From assembly GCA_043228905.1 (NCBI GenBank), contig JBHGNT010000002.1, forward strand, positions 15,748,001-15,812,000: DNA of 64,000 nucleotides, read 5' to 3'. The notes below the pieces were generated by a model that saw nothing but the letters and a program-made list of their open reading frames with translations, ran no database searches and had not been told where the DNA came from. This document shows, piece after piece, positions 1-13,000 of the stretch; the first letter of the stretch is position 1; every line of letters starts with the position of its first letter. A program made the position numbers and the translations under genes. Source of the stretch: Azolla caroliniana. Its lineage: Eukaryota > Plantae > Polypodiophyta.

Positions 1-295
1 GCCGAGTCAAGGAACTGGCAGAGCAAAAGGAACCTCAAGTTGAGCTTGAGGGGGAGTGTTGAGAAGCAAGCTCAACATGGGTCGGATCGGATCGGCGAAC
101 CGGATCAGTGGAGAGCCTAATCGGTGAGACGGATCCGCGGGGAGCCAGTAGGTTGTCAGAGGTCTACACTCCTCGTTTAGAGGTAGTTATAACATTAGGG
201 TCCTACATTCCTATGCTAATAAATAGGAATATTTGTTGGGAGACAGGTCCCTCCGGATGGGAAGAGAGAAGAACAGTGCCGGATGGGAAACGGTA

Positions 296-460
296 TGAGG
301 AGTACCCGGCTACAGAGAGCCGGATGATACAGGCCCGGTGTGAACCGGATGAGTAGTACCTGGCTACGGAGAGCCGGATGGTGCAGGCCCGGTGTGAACC
401 GGATGAGGAGTACCCGGCTACGGAGAGTCGGATGATGCAGAACCGGTGAGAACCGGAGGA
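296..460 (+). repeat. 54-bp CCGG-rich tandem repeat in the Copia-1 LTR (also 5030-5220, and ~7 units at 33490-33820)
   Basis: Unit is approximately GAGGAGTACCCGGCTACGGAGAGCCGGATGGTGCAGGCCCGGTGTGAACCGGAT. It shows as 18-aa periodicity in the spurious ORFs. Confidence 0.85.
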
Positions 461-937
461 AGAGACATATTCGTAAATATGTTTCTGAGAGCCCATCGAG
501 GCTATATTTGTAAATAGCCGAAAAGTCATACTAGTATAAATATGACTTAGGGCAAACTTTTAGTGACAGTTGTCATTTTCTGTTTTGCACGAGATTAGTG
601 TGCGTAACTGTACAGAGAGGGAGAGAGAGAGAAAGAGGTCGTTGCCTCTGTTGTAACCGCCGCCTGTGGCGAAGATTTGTGAGCACGAGGTCGGTGCCTC
701 AGTGAACTCACTGTTGTATATTCCTACATAGTGACAGTTTGCAACCTGTGGGCTGTCCTGGTTTTTCCCCTAGTTTGGGGTTTTCCACATAAACCTCCTG
801 TGTATTCTCTCCTTCTTTGTGTCGCGTTTTATTTCCCGTTTTCTGTGTATCATTCTAAGCTCGGTTGTGGCCGAGCGTTGCGCATAAGGAACGTTGGGTT
901 CTCGTCAAGTGGTATCAGAGCAAAATCGACACAGAAA

Positions 938-3900
938 ATGGACGAATCGGTTGGCGGCATGTTCAAGCTCACCGGCTCCAACTATTCAGTGTGGAAGTCG
1001 AAGATGAGGGACATGCTCGTTGTTAAAGACCTCTGGCTGCCGGTTCAGTTCGGGGACAAGAGACCGGACAAAATCGACGCCGCGATATGGCAGGTGATGC
1101 ACATGAAGACAACAGCGTACATACGGTGCTTCATCGACATGAGCCTGTACAACAACTTCAATGAAGAGAGCAAGGCTCATGAGCTTTGGGAGAAGATCGG
1201 CATAATGTTTCAAAACAAAAATGTTGTTAATCAGGTTTCGGTATTCCGGAAGCTAGTAAGACTCCGGTACCAAGATGGCTCCAGCATGGCGGAGCATATG
1301 AATGCCTTCCAGGGGCTGATACACCAGGCAACGTCATTGGAAGTACCTCTTGCCGATGAGGTATTAGCGCTACTCCTGCTCGGTTCCCTCCCGGATAGCT
1401 GGGAGACGTTGGTTGTCACTTTGGGCAACGCCGGGCCGGAAGGAAAACGGTTATCCCTAGCAAGAGTAAAGTCGAGCTTGCTAGATGAGGAGGTGCGTCG
1501 GAAAGACAAAGATACGAGCTCCGACTCCAAAGCGCTTCTTACCGAATCGGAACGCGGAAGACATAGAAACCGTAGTCCCCAGAACCGGGAGAAGTCGGGG
1601 ACACGGTCAAAGTCAAGGGGGAGGCCTACTTGCTTCTATTGCGGCAAGCCGGGACACTTCCAAAATAACTGTCGGCATTTTCGTAAAGACAAGGAAACTG
1701 ACGGTACCAATTCGAAGCAAACCTCGGACCGGAACGGTAAAGACCGGAACAGTAAAGACCGGAGGGGGCCGGACCGGAAGGGAACGACGGCAATCGCGGC
1801 AAGTGAAGAAGAGTTGATGCTCATCACCGAGGAGAGTGAAATAAACCTTGCCGGCGACGAGATGACCTGGGTGGTAGACTCCGGAGCGTCGTTCCACCTT
1901 ACCCCGGACCGGAAATGCTTCTCATCCTATTCAGCCGGTGATCACGGCTGTGTCCGGATGGGGAATGAAGGAACATGCCGAATTGTCGGCATAGGAGACG
2001 TGTGGCTGACAACACCAACCGGATGCAAGTTGCTGCTGAAGGATGTCCGACACGTTCCGGAAGTTCGTCTGAACCTGATATCAGCCGGTCGGCTAGATGA
2101 TGAAGGTTACACGGGTAGCATCTGGAACGGTGTCATGAAGTTCAACAAAGGGAGCCTGATTGTGGCTCGGGCCCGGAAGGTCAACACACTGTACCTGATG
2201 AATGCCTGGTTATGTCCGGAAGAAGTGAACGTTGCATCCGACACTACCGGTGAGCTGTGGCACAAGAGGCTGTGTCATATGAGCGAGAAGGGGATGAAGA
2301 GGCTTGCAGACGACAACCTCATTCCAGTGAAGAACGTGCACTTACAGAAGTGCACTGATTGTCTGGCCGGTAAGCAAAACCGGACCTCCTTCCGACCAAG
2401 TCCACCGATGAGACGTAATGCACCACTGGAGTTGGTGCATACGGATGTGTGTCAGGTAGACACGAAGTCACATGCCGGAGCGCAGTACTTCGTGACGTTC
2501 ATAGATGACCACAACCGGAAGTTGTGGGCCACACCGTTGAAGACGAAGGATCAGGTGTTATCCGTCTTCAAAGAGCTCCACGCGAGAGTGGAAAGAGAAA
2601 CCGGCCGGAAGCTGAAGGCGGTTCGAGCAGATAACGGAGGAGAATCCGGCTTGAATTTACCGTGCCGAAGACGCCGGAACTAAACGGGTTGGCCGAGAGG
2701 ATGAACCGGACCATAATGGAGAGGGTTCGGAGTATGCTAGCGCATGCAAAACTACCCAAGAAGTTTTGGGCTAAGGCACTGTCAACGGCGACATACGCGA
2801 TAAATAGATCACCCTCAGTACCCTTGGACGGACACACACCACAGAGAGTGTGGACCGGTAAGGAAGTATCCTACCGGCATCTGAAGGTGTTCGGGTGTCT
2901 CGCGTACGTGCATATAGCTAAGGACCGGAGAGGAAAGTTAGATCCAAAGACCCGGCCATGCATATTCCTCGGTTATGGTGACGATGAGTTCGGCTACCGA
3001 GTGTGGGACCTGGTCGACAAGAAGGTATTCCGGAGTCGAGATATTATCTTCATGGAGAACAAGATGCTCGCCGACTGGGAGTCGGAGAAGAAGATAATGA
3101 ACTCCGAGTCGACCGGTAAGGATAGACTCTACGATGAGCAGAACCAACCGGAAAGAGACCGGTTAGCACTCGAGGAACCAGCCGGTTACGGTGAGGATCC
3201 CGAACCGGCAGAAGAAGAGGTCGAGGAAGCTGAGACCGGAACTGGCCAAGACCCCGAATCGGATTCGGATGAAGAGCAAATGGAGGAGCCGGTTACCGAA
3301 GCCCGAAGACAGAGATATCCTCTCAGAGAGAGAAGGGCCCCCCGAAGATTTCCGGATGCAGAGCATGTTCTGCTGACCGATGAGGGGGAGCCGGAAAGCT
3401 TCGAAGAAGTGAAGGAAGACACCCACAAGAGAAAATGGTTGAGTGCCATGCAGGACGAGATGGATTCCCTGCATGAGAACCATACATACGAATTGGTGGA
3501 GTTGCCGAAAGGAAAGCGGGCACTCCGAAACAAGTGGGTGTACAAGTTGAAACCGGGAGATGCCGGCAACCCCCCGAGATACAAAGCCAGGATCATGGTG
3601 AAGGGGTTCCATCAGAAGAAGGGCGTGGACTTCGACGAGATATTTGCCCCGGTAGTAAAGATGACCTCCATCCGGACGGTGCTGAGTATAGCAGCAAGCA
3701 TGGACCTTGAGGTAGAGCAGCTGGACGTGAAGACGGCATTCCTTCACGGCGACCTCGAAGAGGAGATCTACATGCAGCAACCGGAAGGATTCGTGGAGAA
3801 AGGGAAGGAGCACCTGGTATGCCGGTTGAAGAAGAGCCTGTACGGACTAAAGCAGGCTCCCCGACAATGGTACCGGAAGTTCGACTCCTTCATGACCGAT

Positions 3901-4959
3901 CAAGGGTACCACAAGACGCAGGCCGATCACTGCGTGTGTGTGAAGAAGTTCGAAGGAGGCGACTTCTTGATACTCCTCCTGTACGTGGATGACATGTTGA
4001 TCGTCGGACGGGACCAAGTCAAAATACGGATGCTGAAGAAGGCTCTCAACCGGACCTTCTCAATGAAAGACTTGGGTCCGGCAAGACAGATGTTGGGGAT
4101 GCACATCATTCGGGACCGGTTAGTGAAGCAATTATGGTTGTCACAGGAGAAGTATGTGACAAAGGTGCTTCACCGGTTCAACATGTCAGAAGCGAAACCG
4201 GTCGGATCGACACTTCCGGCAAACTGCAGGCTATCCGGTAAGCAAAGCCCGAAGACGAAAGCTGAGAAGGCGGATATGATGAAGATTCCATATGCCTCTG
4301 CCGTCGGGAGCTTGATGTACGCAATGGTGTGTACCCGACCGGACATAGGATACGCAGTCGGAGTGGTGAGCCGGTTTATGAGCAATCCCGGCAAGGAGCA
4401 CTGGAACGCGGTCAAATGGATACTCCGGTATTTGAAGGGCACTTCAAATATGTGTCTCCGATTCGGCTCCGGAAAACCTCAACTGGACGGTTTCACCGAT
4501 TCGGACATGTCCGCTGATGTGGATACCAGCTGGTCTACATCCGGGTATGTAATGACATATGCAGGGGGAGCTGTTTCGTGGCAGTCGAGGCTGCAGAAGA
4601 CGGTTGCATTGTCAACCATGGAGGCGGAGTACATGGCAGCTGTGGAATCCGGCAAGGAAATTTTATGGATGAAGGACTTCATCGGAGAGCTCGGTAAACG
4701 GCAAGAGGAATACCGACTCTATTGCGACAGTCAAAGTGCCATCCACCTTGCTAAAAATGGGGCCTACCATTCCCGGACGAAGCATATCCAGCGGAGGTAT
4801 CACTGGATCCGGGAAAGAGTAGATGACCAAGAGTTCCCACTGACAAAGATCCACATGGCCGAGAACGGGTCAGATATGCTAACCAAAGTGCTGACACCCG
4901 ACAAGCTGGATGCATGCCGGAAGAGAATCGGACTGGTAAGACACCCCATGACGGAGTGA
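938..4959 (+). pseudogene. Copia-1 gag-pol (Gag, CCHC knuckle, protease, integrase, RT, RNase H), frameshifted by a ~40-bp deletion at ~2645
   Basis: CFYCGKPGHFQNNC; WVVDSGAS; WHKRLCH..CTDC; DVC/FIDD integrase; QLDVKTAFLHG; YVDD; TDSD/EAEY RNase H. ORFs 731-2683 and 2662-4959 join at ADNGGE|RLEFTVPKTPELNG. Confidence 0.95.
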
Positions 4960-7900
4960 AGGGGGAGTTTGTTGGGAGACAGGTCCCTCCGGATGGGAAG
5001 GGAGAAGAACAGTGCCGGATGGGAAACGGTATGAGGAGTACCCGGCTACGGAGAGCCGGATGGTGCACCTGGCTATGGAGAGCCGGATGATACAGGCCCT
5101 GTGTGAACCGGATGAGTAGTACTCGGCTACAAAGAGCCGGATGGTGCAGGCCTGGTGTGAACCGGATGAGGAGTACCCGGCTACGGAGAGCCGGATGATG
5201 CAGAACCGGTGAGAACCAGAGGAAGAGACATATTTGTAAATATGTTTCTGAGAGCCCATCGAGGCTATATTTGTAAATAGCCGAAAAGTCATACTAGTAT
5301 AAATATGACTTAGGGCAAACTTTTAGTGAGAGTTGTCATTTTCTGTTTTGCACGAGATTAGTGTGCGTAACTGTATAGAGAGAGAGAGAGAGAGAGAAAG
5401 AGGTTGTTGCCTCTTTTGTAACCGCCGCCTGTGGCGAAGATTTGTGAGCACGAGGTCGGTGCCTTAGTGAACTCACTGTTGTATATTCCTACATAGTGAC
5501 AGTTTGCAACCTGTGGGCTGCCGTGGTTTTTCCCCTAGTTTGGGGTTTTCCATGTAAACCTCCTGTGTATTCTCTCCTTCTTTGTGTCGCGTTTTATTTC
5601 CCATTTTCTGTGTATCATTCTAAGCTCGGTTGTGGCGGAGCGTTGCGCATAAGGAACGTTGGGTTCCCGTCAATATTGTAGGCTAAAGTAGTGTCCGGCT
5701 CATTCATGAGCATTAAACTACTGATAGTACTTGTGTTAGGCCACGTTCAAGGCTTGTATAAAAGTGCTCTCTAAGCGCACTTGTATGTTGTTGATCGAGC
5801 AAGCTCAACATGGGTCGTATTGGTTGAATAAGCTGAGAGCCAAATCAAATGAAGACTGATCAGCTAGGCCCGAATCGAATCGGTGAGCCGGATTGGTGGA
5901 GAACCGGATCCGCAGGGAGCTACTAGGCCTTTAGAGGCCCACAATCCTTGTTTAGTAGGTAGTTATATTTCTTGGGAGTTAGTGTCAATAGCTCAATTTT
6001 GAGCATTGAAGTACTTGTTTGTACTTCTGACCGTCCATTGAGGACCTGTATAATTTAGTGCTCTCTGAGCACATTGTATGTATAGAACATATTTTGAATT
6101 AAGTTTTTACTCTTCTTTGAGGACTTGTATAAAAGTGCTCTCTCAGCACATTGTATGTATAGAGCATATTTTGAATTAAGTTTTTACTGTTCTACTCCCT
6201 TTGTCTCTCGTGCGTTCTGTGTGTTCTTCCATTGTTTTCTCTATGTTTTCATTGTTTTTATCCAGTTCAGCCGGTTGTGGTCTGTCTTAGCTTCCGCACA
6301 TAAATCTTTTCATGGTGTCAAAGCGCGAGGGTTGAGAATCCTTTACTGTCGACAAGAATTCAACACAGAACAACCCTAATCCCTGGACAAGTACAGACAA
6401 GAAGAAACTGGACAAAGAATGGGCGGTGCTCTTTGGACAGAGAAGTTGGACAGAAGAAACTACGCATCTTGGGATTACAAGATGCACTCGTACCTACTCA
6501 GTAATTGCTACTGGAGTTACATCCATGGAGAAAACGAAGTAGCGTCGGAACTGGCTCACAAGGATTTTCCAGCGTGGGAGCAAGCGGCAACTAGTGTCTT
6601 GTGTTGCCTTGGGTACTATGTGCACGACTAGATGTTGGACCACATTCAAGATGCAAAGATGTCGAAGGAGGCCTGGGAAAATCTGGAGAAGATTTTCGCC
6701 ACAAGTACCATGGCCCGGAAGTTGCAGCATTGTCAAGAGCTCAACAATATCTAATAGAGGGATATGAGAGTGACCGACTACACCACAAAGATCAAGTAAA
6801 TTTGTGATCCTTTGGGGTCTAACTACACCACGAAGGAGGTCTTTGGACAACTGGAGACAGAAACAAAGGTAATGAGCTTGAGAAAGAGGAGAGCCCAAGA
6901 AGATGCCAAATGAACTAAGGAAGTCAAAACATCCGGTAGAGCCGGACCAGGTGGCAAAGGCGGCAGAGTCAAGAAGGACAGAGTTGACGGAAGAAAAAGG
7001 TCGGGACTAAGACATGGTCGGACATGATCAAGGCGTGAAGAAGGAGGATGAATTGGAGACATCCAATTTGGACAAGACACGAAACAAATCGGAGACAGTC
7101 AATTCAGGAGAGCCGAATCATATAAAGGCCAAAGCCGATACCGAAAGGAAGAAGTAAACAGGTTGAGGGTCCCCGAAGCCACAATAGCGAGGGAGCTCAG
7201 AAGGGCATGAAGAATAGGCAAGCCGATCGAGATGCGCGGGACCGGACGGGATGAGGAGCACGAGCAAGGCATGAAGACACCAGGAAGAGCCGAAGACGAG
7301 GACCAGCAAATGTTAACACGATGGACCTAATACGAAAAATAGGAACTCAGCCACAATGAGTCGGATGCGAAATAGAGAATCAAGCAGAATTGAGAGAAAA
7401 ACAAGAAAATAGAGGTGCACAAGATATATCGTGGAAAACATCAAATAGGGTAAAAACCACAGGTGCCCACAAACACCAAGCAAATCACTATAAGAGCGGT
7501 GTACAACGACACAAACACATAGGCACCGACCTGAGTTAGTTCACTTCGCCGACTAACGGTTACAACAGAGGCACTCACACGCTTCGTATGTTCTGGCTAT
7601 GGTGGCAATGACCACGCACACACGTATTCAGTTACACTCTTTACTCCATGATAAACACAAGACGACCCAACTAACTTCTTCACACTTCCTAAAGTTTGCC
7701 CAACTTATCTTTATACTTAGATAACTTTCGGGCTATTTACATAACTGAACTAAGTAAGCTTGAGTCAAAACCTATTTACATTTTCCAGATACTCATTCGA
7801 ACCTCATCCGGTTTCCAAAGAAGTGTAATATTTTTCTTCATCCTGCATACGGCCCATCTAAAAGGGATCTAATTCTCAACCAGATCGGCTTGAAGTTGAG

Positions 7901-10029
7901 CTTGAGGGGGACTGTTGAGGGAGCAAGCTCAACATGGGCCGGATTGGATGAAGACCGATCGGCTAGGTGTGGATCGGATCGGCGAGCCAGATCGGAGAAC
8001 TGGATCGATAGGGAGCCAGTAAGCCGTTAGAGGCCTACGATGCTAGTGTTGATCAGACAAGCTCACGAATATATCGTGGAAAACATCAAATCGGGTAAAA
8101 ACCATGGTTGCCCACAAACATCGAACAAATCACTATAAGAGAGGTGTACAACGACATGAACACACAGGCACCGACATGAGTTAGTTCACTTCGCCGACTA
8201 GCGGTTACAATAGAGGCCCTCACACGATTCGTCTATTCTAGCTATGGAGGCAACGACCTCGCACACATGTATTCAGTTACACTCTCTACTAGCACGATAA
8301 ACACAAGATGACTCAACTAACTTCTTCACACTTCCTAAAGTTTGCCCTAGTTATCTTTATACTTAGATAACTTTCGAGCTATTTACATAACTTACCTAAG
8401 TAGGCTTGACTCAAAACCTATTTACATTTTCTAGATACTCATCTAGACCTCATCAGGTTTCCGACCAGGTATAATATTTTCATTTATCCTAAATTCGGCC
8501 AATCCAAAAGGAACCTAATTCTCAACAAACTCCACCTTCACTTTGGATGGGGCTTCACCAGTCCGACCCGACTCCGATATGCTTCTAGCCTTTCTGTCAA
8601 CAATACCTTTGTTAGCATGTCAAAACCATTTTCCGATGTGTGGATCTTCATCAGAGCAAACTCCCCTTCTTCTACCCGCTCTCAGAGCCAATGATATCTC
8701 CTTTTGATGGGTTTGGTCTTCCAATGGTAGGCTGCATTCTTTGCAAGGTGGATGGCACTTCGGCTGTTGAAGTAGAGTCGGAATTCACCTTGTCGAATTC
8801 CTAACTCTCCGACAAAACTCCTTCATCCATATCAATTCTTTGCCGGCTTCAACCGCTTCCATATACTCGGCTTCCGTGGTCGACAATGTCACAACCTTCT
8901 CCAACCTCGACTATCATGACACTTCAACCGCTTCCATATACTCGGCTTCTGTGGTCGACAATGTCACAACCTTCTCCAACCTCGACTATCATGACACGAC
9001 TCCCCTTGCATAGGTTAGTACATACCTAGACATGGACCAACTGGTATCTACATCATCCGACATGTTCGAATTGATAAAGCTTTCTAACACGGCATTACCT
9101 GAGCCGAATCGGAGCCACATGCTCGAGGTGCCTTTCATGCAGCGAAGTATCCACTTAACGACTTTGACAACATATCCAATGTTCGGCCTAGTACATACCA
9201 TCTCGTACATCAGGCTTCCGACTATTGAGGCATATTACACCTTCATCATCTCAGCCTTCTCAATCTTCTTCTTCGGACATTGTGTCGACGATAGCTTACT
9301 ATTTGTCGGGAGTGTTGCCCCGACTGATTTCGTGCTTTCCATGCCGAATCTTTAGAGAACGTTGTCGCGTTACTACGCGTGTGCGTGGAGAAACGAGGCG
9401 GGACCACGGGGGTCTTGGACCGAAGAACAGGTGATAGGAGGGGAAAGAGAAAGAGAGAGACGACCGGTAACGTATGAGCAAAGAAACACAGGGACATGGC
9501 CCGTCAACGCAGAAAACACGAATGGACACAGAGACAGAGAGACATGAATGTTTGTATATTATCAAATGACAGAAAAACAATAGAGCACGCGAACGGTTAC
9601 AACCGAACAGACTGGCGAACAGATGCCGATGCCTGTTTGTCTGCGCACGAAAGGGGATAGGATGGAGGTGCTGCCGGAAGCACACGGGCGTTCCTCGAAG
9701 CAGCGCGAGCCTCCGGAAATCCTGCAGAGAAGAGCGATGGAGAATGAACAGAGGAGAAGCGTTCGGTTATGGTTCGACAGCACTTCGTCCTCCTCAATGC
9801 GCGATTTCCTTCATCCCCGCGTCTCCATCTTTTATAGCTTCAGGAAGGGAGTCGTCTCCCTCATTTACTTCCTACCTACCGAATCTAACTACCCCCCGGA
9901 TATGCCTATGTACCTAATTCCCTATTATATACATTAAAGGGCGCGCACGCGTGAAGAGACGGTTCACGCGCGCTATGCACCGATTGCGCTAAGGGACGGT
10001 TTTCTTCACGACATCCGCCCCCACCTAAC

Positions 10030-13000
10030 CGCGCATCCACCGGTATGCGCCAAAATTGTGCTCTGGTTGGAGAAAACCAGTCCGAGTTCCGGTTCTTCGT
10101 CCATCGGTTCGTCCTCCGTTTCGGACTGTTCGTCGTCGCTGTCCAGGCCTCTTAGATCCGGTTTGCCGTCGTGGCGCTTCTTGAACGCTTTGATCCGCTT
10201 CCTTGCTACCGGTACTGCCATCCTCGTACCGTCGAGTTCCGCCAGGTGATACGTCTCGTTGTCGTTGGCGCTCGTTACTACGTAAGGCCCGAACCACCGC
10301 TTTGCAAACTTCCGTGTTGCCCGGTGCTGGTTGTTGAGGTTGCTATCGTAGACTAGCACCCAGTCGCCTTCCTCGATTTTCTTTGGCCGGAGCCGGTGTG
10401 TTTGGTCGAACCGGGGTTTGTTCCTCATCCTCGCCGTCCGAAGTCTCTCCGCCGCTCGTTCCACGTCCTCTGGCCTCTGCTCGAGCTACCGTATACGCGC
10501 TGCTAGCAGTTCTTCCCGGCTCATCTCGTCTCTCCAGTCCACTATCGCCCAAGAGGAGATCGTCCGTTCCATCGGCATGATCGGCTTCTGTCCGAACATG
10601 AGCTCTGACGGCATGAATCCGGTTACCGAACTGTGTGTTGTCCTGTCCGCCCACAAGGCATAAGGTAACAGTCGTGGCCAGTTCCCGACCTGGCCTCCGC
10701 ATGCCTGCACTAGCGCTTTGACGATCGGTCCGTGTCCGCGCTCCACCTTCCCGTTCACCTCCGGATTGTATGCTGTGGTGAGCGAGAGCTTGACCCCTAA
10801 CCGGTCGAACAGCTCCTCGGCCTCTTCGGCGTCCAACTCCCCGTGGTCAGCCACGATCTTCCTGACGCACCCGTACCGGCATATCACGTCCTCGATCAGG
10901 AACTGACACACGGCCGCGGTCGTTTTGTTCTGCAGGGCTCGACCTTCCACCTGGTTCGTCAGGTCCTCCCGGGCCAGCACCAGATATCGCATCTGCCCTA
11001 TGCCCATCGGCATCGTCACCAAATCTACCATCCATTTGAAGTGGATGGCCAGAGGGTATGTAGGGTGAAGCTCGTCCCGATGTCAGACTATGGAGTGTAT
11101 CCGATAGCTCTCACAAGTTGTCACGAACCGATGCACGTCCCGGTACAGTCCCGGCCACCAGTACTTCCCCTTTAGTTTCTCAAACGTGGCCCACGTTCCA
11201 CGGTGTCTAGCCCAAGGGCTGTCGTGGTAGGCCTTCAACAACTCCTCCTGTTCCTCCTTCATCGCCACCACTCGGAGCGGGATGCCGTTTCTCTTCTTCA
11301 GGTGCTTCCACAAGTATCCGTCCCGGAGAAAGAATCGGTACACTTTCTTCCAGATCCGGTTGGCCTCGTTCTTTGTCCATGACGCGGCCGGCGTCATCGT
11401 CCTCAAGAATCCCCCAATCTGCAACCACTCCCCGTTGTACTTGCTCTCGTCGAAATCGTTAAGCGCCGGAGTGCTCCCTCCCTCAGTTGTTACGTAGGCC
11501 GCCTCGAAGAAGTCTACGCCGACTTCCTCGTCTTCCGAAACCATGCCGCCCTCGTCGTCGAATCATGCCCTCGAAAGCATGTCGGCCATGGCATTGTCTT
11601 TCCAGGAAATGTGTCGTATTTCCGGATCCAGGGACTTGATGTACACTATCCACCTGAGCATTGCCAAGTCCGGGGTTGCGCATCCGGAAACCATGCCGAG
11701 AATCGGCATGTAGTCCGTCTCGATAATCACCTCTGTCCCGATCAGATAGTCTTTATCGGCCTTTACCGCCAAAACGATACCCCAGAGTTCGCATTTAACC
11801 TGGGCGTATCCTCGCTGTCGCTCGATGAGGACCTTCGCGCCAAACCGGATTGGGAACCGAATGCCATCCTCATCTTCTTGGTTGACGACCCATTCGATCC
11901 CGGTCGGACTCGTATCTACCGTTATGTAGATGGGAGTGCCTTTCTCGTAGACAGCCTTCCTGAGTGCCGGAGCTGCAGCAAGAGGCTCCTTCATCTTTCG
12001 GACCGACTCCGTATGCTCGTCCCGCCACTCGAATTTTCGCCCCTTTTTCAGCAACCCGTATAGCGGCTAGGCAACGTGGGCGTAATGCAAGATCCATATG
12101 TGGTAGAAAGCGCATGCTCCCAAGAACCTCCGTACCTCCGTGACCGAGTTACAGTCGGGCTTCATTGCGGAGATGGCTTCTACCTTAGCCGGAGACGGTT
12201 TCCGGCCATACGGTCCGCATAGATGTCCGACGACCATGATCTCCGATTGCCCGAAGGCCGATTTCTCTCCAGAGAAGGTAAGCCTCGCGTCCTCTAGCCT
12301 CTGTAGCACATTCTCGCAGTCGCCAATGTGTGTCGCCACGAATTTCCGGCATCCGTCCGGTCCGATCGTTTCGTCCTTTCCTCCACCGGACATCCCTTGA
12401 TCGGGATGTCGTCCAAGAATGGTATGGTGATGTTTGGGATACAATCCCTCAGCACCTTGTTCATCGCATTCACCATGTGGGCCACCGAGTTCGTCCCTCC
12501 TTGCGGCAGGGTACACATCCGCACTAGGCCGAGAGGAGTCCGCATCGTCGTAATGTCTCTGCTCTCTACGGCTAGTTGGAACTGATCGTACCCCGAGTAT
12601 AGATCACCGACCGAGTAGATCAACCTTCCGGCGAAGGCCTGTGCGAACTCGTCTATCGTTGGTCCGATTCCTGCGTTCCGAATGGTCACTCTGTTGACCG
12701 GTTCGAGTACGGGGCACTCGACGGTTCGAGGATGCCCATATTGACTTTCTGCCTTAACAGCTCCATCAGCTCCGAGATGTGAGCTCTCGGTACCGGAATT
12801 GGTTTGAGATTCCACGGCACATGCGGTACCGTGAATATCACCATCGGCTTCACGACTGTTGGGTCTACGCACCCGATCTCTGCCGGTGAGAATGCGAAGG
12901 CTTTCCCGTGCCTTCCGAGCATTCTCCGAAACCGGTCTTCTTCCTCCGGTAGTAGGAACCCGCCCCCACCGATTTTGAGCTCCCGTAGCGTTCTGTCGGT

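Larger units (their letters stand above)
234..5672 (+). mobile_element. Copia-1, near full-length Ty1/copia LTR retrotransposon (Tnt1-like domain order)
   Basis: TG..CA LTRs at 234-907 and 4970-5672. TSD ATATT at 229-233 and 5673-5677. PBS TGGTATCAGAGC at 910-921 (tRNA-iMet). PPT GAAGGGGGAG at 4958-4967. Confidence 0.97.

Noticed and set aside
731-937. N-terminal 69 aa of ORF 731-2683
   Set aside because: It lies in the LTR and PBS. The real gag start is the ATG at 938 (MDESVGG), matching Copia-E.
8847-8997. ~75-bp direct duplication in Copia-C RNase H
   Set aside because: Ordinary local duplication in a dead element.
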